A DNA stretch of 64,000 nt, taken from positions 1-64,000 of the forward strand of contig JAUCBJ010002506.1 in assembly GCA_032718475.1 (NCBI GenBank). The letters are read 5' to 3'. The stretch comes from Nemertoderma westbladi. Its lineage: Eukaryota > Animalia > Xenacoelomorpha. Under the pieces are notes generated by a model, which made no database searches, was not told where the DNA came from, and saw nothing but the letters and a program-made list of their open reading frames with translations. The stretch's first letter is position 1, and each line of letters begins with the position of its first letter. Below are positions 10,626-21,623 of the stretch, piece by piece. Made by a program: the position numbers and the translations under genes.

Positions 10626-12748
10626 TTAAAAAATACTTTTTTCGCAGTGTTTCAGTTTGCCTTTTATTATTTTTCTCTTTTTACTACGTCGATGATGTAT
10701 GTTCATAGACATTGATCTAGTAGGTCGCTTTAACCCTATTAGTACCGGGCTATAAAATGTTGTACAAATACCGGGAGGGGGTCATATTGACCCCCCCCTC
10801 TAAAATCTACAAATATTTACGAAAACGTCTGATTTTTTGTTTGTACGTAGGTATCACTTGTCTGGATCCGACCGAAAAAAGAAATTTTCGAAAAAATGTA
10901 CTGGGGTGGTTATATTGCAGCACCAAAATTACAAGTAGTGCACAATTTTCACAAAATTTGAAAGTTACATTTTCGGCTAATTATTTTTCAATACAGGTTT
11001 TTTGGGGTGCAAAATACATTGGAAAATATTTAAAAATGATATGATTACTATAAATGGCTGTTTAGTCCTCTCTGCGTAGGAAAAAAATGAAAAAAACAAG
11101 TAACCAGCACTTTTCAGTTAGAACACAAAATTTTTAATTCACTTATACGATGCTATAAATTCACATTTTCAGGTTTTCAAGGGCGCTGATTCTAATGGAA
11201 TACATTTATAATATGCCAGATCATTGCTACTTGTATTTTTCGGCGTAATTTAGCAAATTTTGGTGCTAGCACCAAATTTCGTACCCATCACCAAAAATTA
11301 CAACTTTGCGATGTGCAGTGCTGTTTTTATTGATTCCATCGGATTCAGGACCCTCATAAACCCGTATAACGCAAGAAACAAGGTGATACTATCTACTTAT
11401 CAATTTGCATATTTTCCAAAATTTGGTGCTGGCACAACAATTTTCACCCACCGGCGAAAAATACAAGTTTGAGAACTCTTATGAAATTTTTACTGATTCC
11501 ATTGAATTCAGAACCATCCCAAACCCGTATAACGCAAGAAACAAGGTGACACAATCAATTGATATATTTGATGGTTTTCAAAATTTGGTGCTAGCACCAC
11601 ATTTTGCACCCACATCCGAAAAATACAATTTTGAGATGTCTAGTTCGATAATTATATTTTCCATTGAATTCAGAACAGCCATAAACCTCTAAAACGCAAG
11701 AAATACATTGTCACAAGCAATTTTATATATTGAATGGATTTTCAAAATTTCGTGCTTGCACCAAAATTAGCACACAGCACCGAAAAATACAAGTTTGATA
11801 CGCTTGGTTCAACTCGTATATATTTCATCGAATCCAGAACCTCAAAAAACCCCAATTGCGTAAAAAACAAGTTTCAAACAATCAATTTACAAAATTGACT
11901 TATTTCAAAATTTGGTGCTGGCACCAAAATTTGGCACCCATCGAAAAAAACAAGTTTGAAATTTCTAAATCAATTTATATGAATTCCATCCAATTTCTAA
12001 CACCAAAAAACCGGTGTAAATCAAAAATAGAGATGTTACAATTCATATTTAATGAAATGTAATTTTCAAAAAACGTCTCAAAAAAAGTGCCAAAAGTAGG
12101 GTTAAAATATGGTGCTATAACTCGAAAAGTACCCAATATTTTTGAAAACGGTTTTCACTACCATGAAGACAATAGATTTTTAGGAAAAGTCATAAAATTT
12201 CAGATTCGCAACTGCGTTTGTTTCAGAATTATAATAAAAAAACCACGGGGGGGTCATATTGACCCCCCCCCCGGGTTTAATAGGGTTAAGTCTCTATAAA
12301 CTTTTTCTACAACAGATCTTGTGGATGGTTTCATTTTATTTAATGCTTTATTAATAACCGTATTAGCCTGCTGATGTAAGACCCGCTTACCTTTTGGTAT
12401 TACGTGTTGTCTCATAAATTTTGTGGTAAATGGTTAAGCTTTTTGTAACACTTTTTTTGCTAATGGCTTACCAAATTTTTTCAATGTAGATAAAGCATCT
12501 GTAAATATACCTTCCCCGTGTTGATTTGTTCGCAACATACCTCTACGATAAGGTTGAAAACGACGTTGTTTTAAGTTTGGACCAAATGCACCAATTTGTT
12601 GTCCGTAAGGGTCAATATATGAACCACCACGAAAAACAGGAACTTGCGTCGAGCCTCTCGTACTTCTACCACCTTTAAAAACAGCAAGATTAGAGTCTGC
12701 ACCCCCATATTGAGGTTTACTGTATCTTTGAAATAAATCGGAATCCAT
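10626..12748 (-). pseudogene. Polinton basic core/membrane-active protein, split by a TTAA element and a nonsense codon
   Basis: QYGG and QHGEG|IFTDALSTLKKFGKPLAKK (cleavage-like site plus amphipathic helix). TAA at 12434. Removing the insert gives in-frame ...VYRDL-KRPTRS...RRSKKRK...KSIF*. Confidence 0.75.
10734..12285. mobile_element. Non-autonomous piggyBac-like element (1552 bp)
   Basis: TTAA TSD (10730-10733, 12286-12289); CCCTATTA termini; subterminal GGGGGTCATATTGACCCCC at both ends; internal ~163-bp repeats; no transposase ORF. Confidence 0.9.
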
Positions 12749-12749
12749 T

Positions 12750-13610
12750 TTAATTTATTCGTTTAAAGTGTAAGGTAATTGAAGTTGTCCCGTATTCAAA
12801 ATTCAAATCTTTTCCTTCTTTGTCTGTTATTTCAATATGAATGTATGTTATCTTATATGATTTTTTTACAGGGATATAATGAATTGTATCCTTGACAAAT
12901 TCTTTATTTATTACACTACCATATTTCACATCATCAGGTATCGCGACACGACGAAGTAAGGCTAAACCAAAGTCATTAATATATTCATTTTCAATTATAT
13001 TAGTAGTCACGTACATGTTCGATTTAGGTTCTGGAATATAATTGGGTGGTTGAGGGCATAAAAATACCATCTGGTAAGCTTTTTCTTCATTTCCGATAAC
13101 CTTTATTAAATAACCCTTTATATTATTTTTCGTCTTTAAAATAATTTTAAAATTTGGATTTAAATTCGCGCCGAGATTATTTTCAGTAATTCCAAAATAA
13201 TAGGCTAATTGTTGACCTATAAATAACTCTCGTACTGTTTTCCCTAAAATAAATTGCAGCCTATTTTGCTGAGTATTTTCAACTATTTGTAATTTATCTT
13301 TCAATGCCCCAGTGTTAAAATAATCTATAATGTCATTGATACTGTAGAACAATCCGGATGGAAGTGTATCCTCAAAATTTTTTTTCCCTTTTTTTAATAA
13401 AATAACATTCTCTACATTGTTATACATGGACGGCAATATGGCTAAGTAAAATATACTTTTTATACCTACCACCCAGTTTTCGTTTGGATTTATAGGTAAG
13501 GCGCCATGGAAATTGATCTGATAATTACTACCAGTATTACGAGGAAAATCAATTGGACAGGAGTTACTTGGTAGTCTAACGTAGAGCTCATCCATCACCA
13601 CCACCACCAC
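12750..13610 (-). CDS. Minor capsid protein (penton), copy 2
   Basis: LPSNS..DFPRNT..NY, WVVGI, MYVTTNII, LLRRV, YIPV, ITDKEG..LNF..GTTSITLHFKR. Confidence 0.88.
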   Translation of the reverse strand: MVVVVMDELYVRLPSNSCPIDFPRNTGSNYQINFHGALPINPNENWVVGIKSIFYLAILPSMYNNVENVILLKKGKKNFEDTLPSGLFYSINDIIDYFNTGALKDKLQIVENTQQNRLQFILGKTVRELFIGQQLAYYFGITENNLGANLNPNFKIILKTKNNIKGYLIKVIGNEEKAYQMVFLCPQPPNYIPEPKSNMYVTTNIIENEYINDFGLALLRRVAIPDDVKYGSVINKEFVKDTIHYIPVKKSYKITYIHIEITDKEGKDLNFEYGTTSITLHFKRIN

Positions 13611-14466
13611 CGCTTATTAACTTAAGTGTTATAACAGTGCGACCACCGTTGAAATTAATTAATTCACCTTGGCCGTCACGTAAAGTAATTAAGATTGTTT
13701 TTAGTTTTTTATTCAACAACGGGTAATAGCAAATGCTCTCGTATTCGTGATTAATATATTTTCGATTTAATTGTGTTAAAGGACAGGTTCTTAAGAGCGG
13801 AGCTAAAGCGTCGCCAACAAATGAGCTCTTAATAATATCTGTATATATGAAGATAGTGTCTTTATTACGAGTAATATTCGTGGGAGCTGGAAAATCTAAA
13901 ATCCCAATTTCCGAGATTTTTGGTCCACTATAATTTAAAATTAATATCGGCTGTTCTATATTGCTTAATTCATCCACTGTAGTGGTACTGTATATATCCC
14001 AATTCGGAATACCCAGATGATTCTGATCCAATAACGGTTTTAAACCTAGAATTTGAATTAAATCACCATGTAGACTTAATTGTATTTTTTTCAACTTTTT
14101 AGGAAATTTAAATTTAATTCTAGAATTATTTGTATTAAAAATGAATTCGAAATCTCTATATTTCGCTTCAGAATTAAACAGTTTATGTATATCATCAATA
14201 ATGACTTGAATAGAGCTATGCATACCAGGAAATAAACTGTATAATTTGGCATCTTTTGCATCTACCCCGATTGACAGCGAGATTTGAGTTTGCAGAGTAA
14301 TATTACTGTATGTTGCTTGATATTGTATCTCCGCGAGTCCAATTTTAGCATTTGGACCAATATATAATTCTTCGGCTAAATCAACAGTAAACTCACTAGG
14401 GTTATTATTGGGGTAAGTGTTTAATGAGCTATCTGAAAGTAGAGTGATATATGTATCTACAGCCAT
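13588..14466 (-). CDS. Minor capsid protein (penton), copy 1
   Basis: YITLLSDSS...YPNNNPSEFTVDL, IGLAEI, FIYTDII..SFVGD..APLLR, YYPL, LRDGQGELINF..GRTVITL. Confidence 0.9.
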   Translation of the reverse strand: MAVDTYITLLSDSSLNTYPNNNPSEFTVDLAEELYIGPNAKIGLAEIQYQATYSNITLQTQISLSIGVDAKDAKLYSLFPGMHSSIQVIIDDIHKLFNSEAKYRDFEFIFNTNNSRIKFKFPKKLKKIQLSLHGDLIQILGLKPLLDQNHLGIPNWDIYSTTTVDELSNIEQPILILNYSGPKISEIGILDFPAPTNITRNKDTIFIYTDIIKSSFVGDALAPLLRTCPLTQLNRKYINHEYESICYYPLLNKKLKTILITLRDGQGELINFNGGRTVITLKLISGGGGGDG

Positions 14467-14752
14467 TATTATTATTATTTAAGCTCTCTACTTGACTCCT
14501 TTGTACATACAGTACAGTACAGTCTGGTATAATGTTAAATTATAGACATCTGTGACCACGTTCATTCCCCCCGCTTCTACAGTATATGTGCTTCTACAGT
14601 ATATGCGAGGGATCAATATTTTACTGGCTTTATTTAAAGCGAATGAACTATAGTATAGTAATATCATTCGAGTTAATATTGATTGATTGATTGATTAATT
14701 AATTACGGACATATGTGCCCAAAATGAATTAATATACAGTATAAACCTAAAC

Positions 14753-15835
14753 TTATTGAATATGCTGTACCCACGACTGTTTCTTGGATCCAATGAATCG
14801 GACTAAATATTATTTTTTCCCATTGCGTACACGTTCTTTAAGTTTGCCAATATTTTTATCAATCGGGAGATAAATATTACTATTCGGGTGGACCTTTTGG
14901 AGTTCGTATGAATAAAATGAGCCATTTATTATAGCTCCAGCGCTGTCCTTAATATCGAACATTACCGCTGGTACTCTATCCAATCTGACCCGATGAATAA
15001 TAAATAATTCACGTGTCCATTGTTCTCGATAGCCTTTAGCAAAAGCAGTACGAGCGATAGATAATCGTACTGTATCTCCAACTTTAAATTTTATTTTCTT
15101 GTGATTAATCTGTCTATATTTCCCATATAATCTATTCATTAATTCAGTTTCATTAAATTTATTAACTTCAATGGGTGTCATTTTTATTGTCCTATGATAT
15201 GACCTATTATAAGCATAAATGAGCTTCGGTAAAATTTTTATCCAAACATTATTTCCCCGTTGTGTGAAAATTTTGAACATCCTTGTTTTTAATGTTCTAT
15301 TGAATCTCTCGACAATAGCCGCCTTATTCACAGAATACATTACATAATACTTTATACCAATAGTATCTAAATATTTCCTTACAGATTTATTTAGAAACTC
15401 AGACCCTTGATCGGTTGCGATTCTGTTTGGTTTTCCTTTCTGGAATATTTTTTGCAATATACTAATAATTTCAATACCCTTTTTTGTTTTCATACCATAG
15501 GCAAAAGCAAGCCGGCTAAAGGCATCAATACATGTTAATATATAGTTATAATTATTATTTTGCGATTTATATTGCTGCATATCCACCAGATCTATCATAT
15601 CATCATATATATCTTTTAAGCCTCCCGTAAATATTTTAGATGATGGATAATGATGTCTACGTGGTGCGTGAAGGGAGAATGTCTTTTACCCGCTCAACCA
15701 TTTCTGGGCTTGAGCTGGTTTGATGTTTGCAGCTTTTGCTAATTTTGCGATACTTGCAAATCCCGCAGGGGATGAAGGATCTAAATAAATTCTTAACAGT
15801 TTTTTGTCTAAGCTTCGGCTTAAAATCGGTTTCAT
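14753..15835 (-). pseudogene. Retroviral-type (rve) DDE integrase with chromodomain-like end; two nonsense codons
   Basis: Frame MKPILSR...YLDPSSPAGFASIAKL...WLSG*KTFSLH (TAA 15686-15688) continues into IDLVD, TDQGSEF, VERFNRTLK, FAKGY..QW. A second TAA at 14810 precedes YLVRFIG...SWV. Confidence 0.92.
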
Positions 15836-16071
15836 CTTGCGTGGCATCTTTTCGACAACCGCAAGTAATATGTATATTCAAATCTCTTATAAAGGGCATC
15901 ACTGTAAAAACAACTGAAATTTTTTTATTATTTTCTTTGAAGTTGATGTTTTAAAGGGTTTTCTTTTTGTAGTATTTACTCTAGGTATATCTTGAGGTTT
16001 TAAATCAGTAGCTAACGGTTTACTCGATACTAAATATAATTTTCTAAATGTTACTCCTGTTTTAACCATTA

Positions 16072-16455
16072 TTACCGTCCGCGGTTAATTTTTTTCGCAA
16101 TAGCCGCTCCAGTGGCGGCGGCACCGGCACTCGCGGCGAGTTTCGCACCAATGCCGAGTAAGGGTATTAGAAACGGTAGTATGCCTCCAGATTGATTGCT
16201 TAACTTTTTTCTGTAACTTGATATATTTTTTGTTTTACGGTTGAGTGATTTCAATACCTTTTTATAGCGGCGAATATTTCTAAATGAATGAGGGGACAAT
16301 TGTACGTTACCTTTTAGAACATTTAATGCAGTATTTACAATGAGCCGTATTAATTCGTTACTCGCGGTATGGTTAATAAAATAAGTTCTTTGTTGAGGGG
16401 TAGCGCTCCGTAGAAATTCCAGTTCGTTACGATATTTCTGCACAAGTCTATTCAT
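16072..16455 (-). CDS. Conserved small Polinton virion/core protein with a QSGG|hydrophobic cleavage-like site
   Basis: ALNVLKGNVQLS...RRYKKVLKSL...QSGGILPFLIPLLG pattern, located next to the ATPase. Confidence 0.8.
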   Translation of the reverse strand: MNRLVQKYRNELEFLRSATPQQRTYFINHTASNELIRLIVNTALNVLKGNVQLSPHSFRNIRRYKKVLKSLNRKTKNISSYRKKLSNQSGGILPFLIPLLGIGAKLAASAGAAATGAAIAKKINRGR

Positions 16456-16583
16456 TGTTGCAACATTATTGAAAATTGTTACAAAATATTAATTATTTAT
16501 TATTATTATTATTATTATTTTCGCTACGTTTATAGTCAATGTAATTTTTAATGTAACAATTATGATTACGAAATATATCCGAT

Positions 16584-17165
16584 CTAAATCTTAAATGTTC
16601 GGGTGTGTAAATCAATTAAGAAATGTGAAAATGGTTCAATAGTCGCATCTTGATAGGAATCTACTAAAAATTTGGTCTGCCCTGGTAACATCTGCTTCGC
16701 GAAATTTAAAACCGATAAACTGTCTCGCGGATTTTTCATTAATACTAAAGTATGGCTATTAATTGATCTTGTGCGGTTATGCTTCCCACCGTAAAACATG
16801 TTTTGCGTTATAAAACAAATAAATATATTGGAATGATGAGCTACCTTAGTAAACAATACAGTTAAAGCTGTACTGGACTCAGTTTCTGTTAATAAATCAT
16901 CTATAATTAATAAATCTCGACTATTCACTAAACTATCTATATTTTCTGGCAAACCTTTGTAAAGGTGAGTAATACCAGGAATAGTTGGGGGATTGCTCCC
17001 GTAACAATACAATACTCGTAAGGGGGCTTCGTTGAAACAACCATTCTTGTGTTTAATTAAATTGCTAACAAATGTTGACTTTCCAGAACCAGATGGGCCA
17101 GAAATTATCATACTCATTCCCATTTGAAAGTTTAAATTATATGGACCTGAATTAAAGTCAGCCAT
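16584..17165 (-). CDS. A32/FtsK-like genome packaging ATPase (C-terminal frameshift likely)
   Basis: Walker A GPSGSGKS, Walker B LLIIDD, HH..I..ITQN, RSINS, KNPRD. The expected R.RSDIF tail lies in another frame just downstream. Confidence 0.93.
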   Translation of the reverse strand: MADFNSGPYNLNFQMGMSMIISGPSGSGKSTFVSNLIKHKNGCFNEAPLRVLYCYGSNPPTIPGITHLYKGLPENIDSLVNSRDLLIIDDLLTETESSTALTVLFTKVAHHSNIFICFITQNMFYGGKHNRTRSINSHTLVLMKNPRDSLSVLNFAKQMLPGQTKFLVDSYQDATIEPFSHFLIDLHTRTFKI

Positions 17166-17377
17166 TTATTATTATTATTAAGATATATCAACAATACAAT
17201 ATAATATAATATAAATATAAATATCAATAAACCATCACCATTACTATGTATATAACAATAATTGATGCAACTACAATATTAGAGTACTGTATATTTAATT
17301 AACATATGACACAACTACAGTATGTGACGCTCGCTGCAACAAAAGGTGCTATTTCCAATTATAGTATAGACTCATTT

Positions 17378-17827
17378 TCAAGCATGGTGAGCGTCTTTAT
17401 ACGCGAAATAATGATAGGTAACATCGGCGGTTTGGAAATCACTTCCCGAGAATTTCGCGCTAATGATTTTTTTATGTTCGCTGCTAAAAAAATAAGGAAT
17501 ATAGTAGCAACACCGTCGTACTACATTTCTATAAAAAATATTCTCCAATATTGTAAATAAATCTCCCGGATCATTACTTTCCGCAGAAATATAAGTTATA
17601 TTGCGAAGCTCTTTCCAATAATAGGGTTGGTATCTTGCCAACTTTATATTAAACTTAGATATGGGTGCGCGACAAATAGGACAAATTTTAGAACAATAAT
17701 TATTAATTTCGGAATATTGTACAATACATTGTACGCAAGTTGCATGTTTATTTTCACATTTATAATAATCTCGATGTTGCAATAACTTAGAATAGCAAAC
17801 TGGACATTTTTCATTTAAAATATCCAT
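17378..17827 (-). CDS. RING-finger protein (putative E3 ubiquitin ligase)
   Basis: CPVC...CENKHATCVQC...CPICR (C3HC4-like). Confidence 0.8.
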   Translation of the reverse strand: MDILNEKCPVCYSKLLQHRDYYKCENKHATCVQCIVQYSEINNYCSKICPICRAPISKFNIKLARYQPYYWKELRNITYISAESNDPGDLFTILENIFYRNVVRRCCYYIPYFFSSEHKKIISAKFSGSDFQTADVTYHYFAYKDAHHA

Positions 17828-18012
17828 TTTCCAAATTTTAAAGTAAATTGAAAATAATTACCTCAATACACAACAACAAACAAATCTGTTATACTGTATA
17901 TGCAATTACTACTACAATTTTCGATTATTTAAAATTTGATGTTTTTTTTCATAATTAAAAACATCAAAATTTTATAAATAATCATAAAATATTTATAATA
18001 TAGCGGGAAAAG

Positions 18013-18456
18013 TCAAGAATCAATGATATTATCAACATATTCAACATTATCTGTTGATTCTTCAGGTTCGACAAAGGATTCTTTTGAAATCATTACAATA
18101 AGGAAAGACATAATTTCGTAGGGGCTATGCCGATTTAGCCGTATTTCAAACTTTTCACCAGCTTCGTTGTATTGTGTAATAACAATTAACCCCTCTATCA
18201 TGGATAATAGTAAGATGTTGATTAATTTTCCCTCATGCTCAACTTTCAGGTTGTAATCTAAGAGATGAATACTATTATCAGAAGCATCAATATCAATTGA
18301 GCTTAAAACTTTCCTGGCTTTTTCAGAAAACTCAATTTTATATTTATCATCTCCCCGACGGTAAATTGTATAATCAATAACAATATAGGCTTCACCATCT
18401 TCTGCAAAAAATGAATGCCTTACTATTGGCATAACCATATCGGAATCAGAAGACAT
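18013..18456 (-). CDS. Polinton hypothetical acidic protein (147 aa)
   Basis: Clean ORF with TAAATAATG start context like neighbouring genes; no motif. Confidence 0.55.
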   Translation of the reverse strand: MSSDSDMVMPIVRHSFFAEDGEAYIVIDYTIYRRGDDKYKIEFSEKARKVLSSIDIDASDNSIHLLDYNLKVEHEGKLINILLLSMIEGLIVITQYNEAGEKFEIRLNRHSPYEIMSFLIVMISKESFVEPEESTDNVEYVDNIIDS

Positions 18457-18859
18457 TATTTAATTTATTTTATTGTAAATCAAACAAACAAAGTAAAAAC
18501 TTTTAAACTAAAACCATTACAAATGATTAATTGTGATTAAAGCAAGAGATTATATATACAAGATATTTTCAAAAATAATACAGGTCTTAAACTGAGAAAT
18601 AGCCTAAATTCGGTTTATTGATTGGTTGATTAGCCGGTAGGGAACTACTGTATAAACAAAAATTATTTGGTTCTGCGTAATAATAATAATAATAATCACT
18701 AATGCTCGTATACGCGTAGCTGGAACGTGGCGGAATTTCATGTATCATACTGGTTGGTTTGTTGATTTGGCGACAGCAGTCGTGGAGTTGGCAATCAATA
18801 TAATATAATATATGCGTGATGCGTGTAGATGGCCACGTCGTCACCATATACAGTATACA

Positions 18860-19172
18860 GTGGTGGTGGTAACGTGGCAGTGGTGGTAACATGGCGAAAA
18901 GGTGAATAACATTAGGGTTAGTCAGTTAGTCAGTAGTCGACATCGCGGTGGTAACGTGGCGAAAAGGTGAATAACCGTAGGGTTAGTCAATCAGTCGAGT
19001 AAGGCGGGCATCGCGAGGTTAGGCTACGCTACGATTGGTTGATGGCAACTGCCGATGGTGACATATGGCGCGCACGCATCTAAATTTAGCATTTTTAATA
19101 GCCCTCCGAGTGGTATGCCCATAGCCCAAGCTAGGGAGGACTTACAACAAGGACCATTCTTCTTCTACTACT
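18860..19172. repeat. Polinton terminal (TIR) region with short internal repeats; inner boundary unknown
   Basis: GC-richer non-coding end; repeated GGTGGTAAC(G/A)TGGC(GAAAAGGTGAATAAC); terminal ACTACT. Confidence 0.65.
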
Positions 19173-19355
19173 TACACAGTGAGATTGCCCTGAATACGTT
19201 TGTGGTTTGATGATAGAAGATACACAGTGAGATTGCCCTGAATAAGTTTGTGGTTTGGTGATAGAAGATACACAGTGAGATTGCCCTGAATAAGTTTGTG
19301 GTTTGGTGATAGAAGATACACAGTGAGATTGCCCTGAATAAGTTTGTGGTTTGTT
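19173..19355. repeat. 48-bp minisatellite (~4 units), the Polinton target site
   Basis: Unit TACACAGTGAGATTGCCCTGAATA(A/C)GTTTGTGGTTTGGTGATAGAAGA. Confidence 0.95.
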
Positions 19356-19610
19356 GTTTAATTCATTACTGGATTCTAAACTTATAATAATATAACGAAA
19401 GCGGTAAAACCCATTACTTTAGAAGATACAATAGATTATAATGTCTTCTATAGATACATAATTATTATACAAAACCGCAATCCTATATTTTTTATTATTT
19501 TTATTTTTAAAGTTTATCTTCAGTGGGAAGCCCAACACAACACACAGTTATCATATACGTTCCTGCACTCCTGAGTGAATCCATTTGTGGATGTTACCCG
19601 TTATTCATCC

Positions 19611-21122
19611 CTAATCCATTCCTGCTGAGCTGTCGCATACATCGGGCTGCTCTGCAGAATGAATCATCTTTTCGTGTCTCTTTAAGGCTATACTTGTTTT
19701 GATTCGCTTCTCGCAAGTATCAATATCAATATTACATACAAACTTCAGCTCTGTTGAATGTGTCTCTTTATGTTGTGTTAGAAGTGACATTTTATAGAAT
19801 CCTTTCTCGCAAATATCACATACAAACTTCGGTTCTGAATGCTTCCGTTTGTGTTCGCATAAGGAGCTTCTTGTTTTGAATCGCTTCTGGCAAGTATCAA
19901 TATTACATGCAAACGCCTTCTCATCCGAATGCGTCAGTTCGTGTTGGGTTAGAACTTCCTTTGTTTTAAATGGTTTACCGCAAATTTTACATACAAACGC
20001 CCTCACGTCGGTGTGTATCCTCTTGTGTCGAATCAGATATGGTATTGTAGAGAATCGCTTCTCGCAAATATCACATACAAACTTCGGTTCCGAATGCTTC
20101 CGTTTGTGATAGTATAAGGCTATACTTGTTTTGAATCCCTTCTCGCAAGTATCAATATTACATACAAACTTCAGCGCTGTTGAATGTGTCTCTTTATGTT
20201 GTGTTAGAAGTGACATTTTATAGAATCCTTTCTCGCAAATATCACATACAAACTTCGGTTCCGAATGCTTCCGTTTGTGTTCGCATAAGGAGGTTCTTGT
20301 TTTGAATCGCTTCTGGCAAGTATCAATATTACATGCAAACGTCTTCTCATCCGAATGCGTCAGTTCGTGTTGGGTTAGAACTTCCTTTGTTTTAAATGGT
20401 TTACTGCAAATTTTACATACAAACGCCCTCACGTCGGTGTGTATCCTCTTGTGTCGAATCAGACATGCCATTGTAGAGAATCCCTTCCCGCAAGTTTCGC
20501 ATACAAACTTCAGCTCAGATGAATGTGTCTTTTTGTGTTGTGTTAGACGTGAAATTCTATAGAATCCTTTCTCGCAAATATCACATGCAATCTTCGGTTC
20601 CGAATGCTTTTGTTTGTGTTCGGATAAGGAGCTTCTATTTTTGTATCGCTTTTGGCAAGTATCAATATGACATACAAACCGTCCCTCATCCGAATGTGTC
20701 TTCTTGTGTTGGGTTAGGTCGCCCTTTCCTTTGAATAGCCGGCTTCCCGAATGTGATAACCCACTACCGGTGGTATCCATACTTGTACCACTTACTGTTC
20801 CACTATTAACGGTATCCATAATGGTAGCATTTGCTGATCTACTGGCATCAATTATTAATCTACTACAACCCATGTCGACAACACTTGGTAATATACCCGT
20901 TGAAACGCAGGGGTTTTCCACACTTTGTTGTTGTGAGCCAATACTAATTGGTAGCAAATTGGGATTAATTGTTTCTGGTGGTGTTAAAGGAGGAAAATGA
21001 TCATTGCCAGTTTCTGACCCACTAACGCTATCTATATTATGAGAATATTCCAATGTACTAAAATCAAAATCAATACCACTCTGTAAGATTTTGTATATAT
21101 GTTCTATATACTTATCTTCCAT
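19611..21122 (-). CDS. Intronless tandem C2H2 zinc-finger protein (12 fingers)
   Basis: Repeated F-x-C-x2/4-C-x3-F-x5-L-x2-H-x3-H; internal duplication with 426-bp period; Ser/Thr-rich N-terminus. Confidence 0.92.
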   Translation of the reverse strand: MEDKYIEHIYKILQSGIDFDFSTLEYSHNIDSVSGSETGNDHFPPLTPPETINPNLLPISIGSQQQSVENPCVSTGILPSVVDMGCSRLIIDASRSANATIMDTVNSGTVSGTSMDTTGSGLSHSGSRLFKGKGDLTQHKKTHSDEGRFVCHIDTCQKRYKNRSSLSEHKQKHSEPKIACDICEKGFYRISRLTQHKKTHSSELKFVCETCGKGFSTMACLIRHKRIHTDVRAFVCKICSKPFKTKEVLTQHELTHSDEKTFACNIDTCQKRFKTRTSLCEHKRKHSEPKFVCDICEKGFYKMSLLTQHKETHSTALKFVCNIDTCEKGFKTSIALYYHKRKHSEPKFVCDICEKRFSTIPYLIRHKRIHTDVRAFVCKICGKPFKTKEVLTQHELTHSDEKAFACNIDTCQKRFKTRSSLCEHKRKHSEPKFVCDICEKGFYKMSLLTQHKETHSTELKFVCNIDIDTCEKRIKTSIALKRHEKMIHSAEQPDVCDSSAGMD

Positions 21123-21623
21123 ATTATGAGGCTGATGTTCTACTGCCCAGATATTTCAAATCGTGAACCCACCACAATGCAATTGGCCTACTAATATATG
21201 TAATGTGTGACCTTGTGTTAACTTTACGTTCATAGCATTTTTTGGGAATATGTTAGATTACAGTAGTCCTTCTATAAGAACAAACATGCAGTACTATTAG
21301 AACAAATTGTACTCATGGGCGGTACTCCAACCTTCAAAACAATAAAGATACATCAACGGTTGGGAACTCTTCCATATTTAGCTAGCATTACAAATCTATA
21401 CCAATTGAAAGAATGAAGACCCAAATAACTTTTTCGAAGGATTAGAATATGAAAATAATGTAAAAAAACATCAGTACATTACAGAACCTACCCATGCCAG
21501 AATGCTATTTATTGATATTGATGGTATAATTACTTATTACATAACGTACATTAGCTAAATATTTTGTTTCTGGAACAATATCCATTTGATCTCCTAGTTT
21601 CATTATTTAATAACTATTTTTAT

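Larger units (their letters stand above)
1..19172. mobile_element. Polinton/Maverick element (left end outside window), degenerating
   Basis: Core gene set (pPolB, INT, ATPase, PRO, MCP, mCP) in two convergent clusters. Terminus ...TTCTTCTACTACT at 19172 (AGTAGT... on the minus strand), followed abruptly by a host minisatellite. Confidence 0.96.

Noticed and set aside
10757-12299. ORFs inside the TTAA element as a transposase
   Set aside because: Short, mostly non-ATG starts, and no DDD motifs.
18587-18892. 101-aa ORF near the Polinton end
   Set aside because: Overlaps terminal repeats and a (TAT)n run; composition is not protein-like.
19849-21000. Antisense ORFs over the ZF genes (also over polB, MCP, PTP, DnaJ and the transposase)
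   Set aside because: Shadow ORFs on the opposite strand of real coding sequence, with no motifs of their own.
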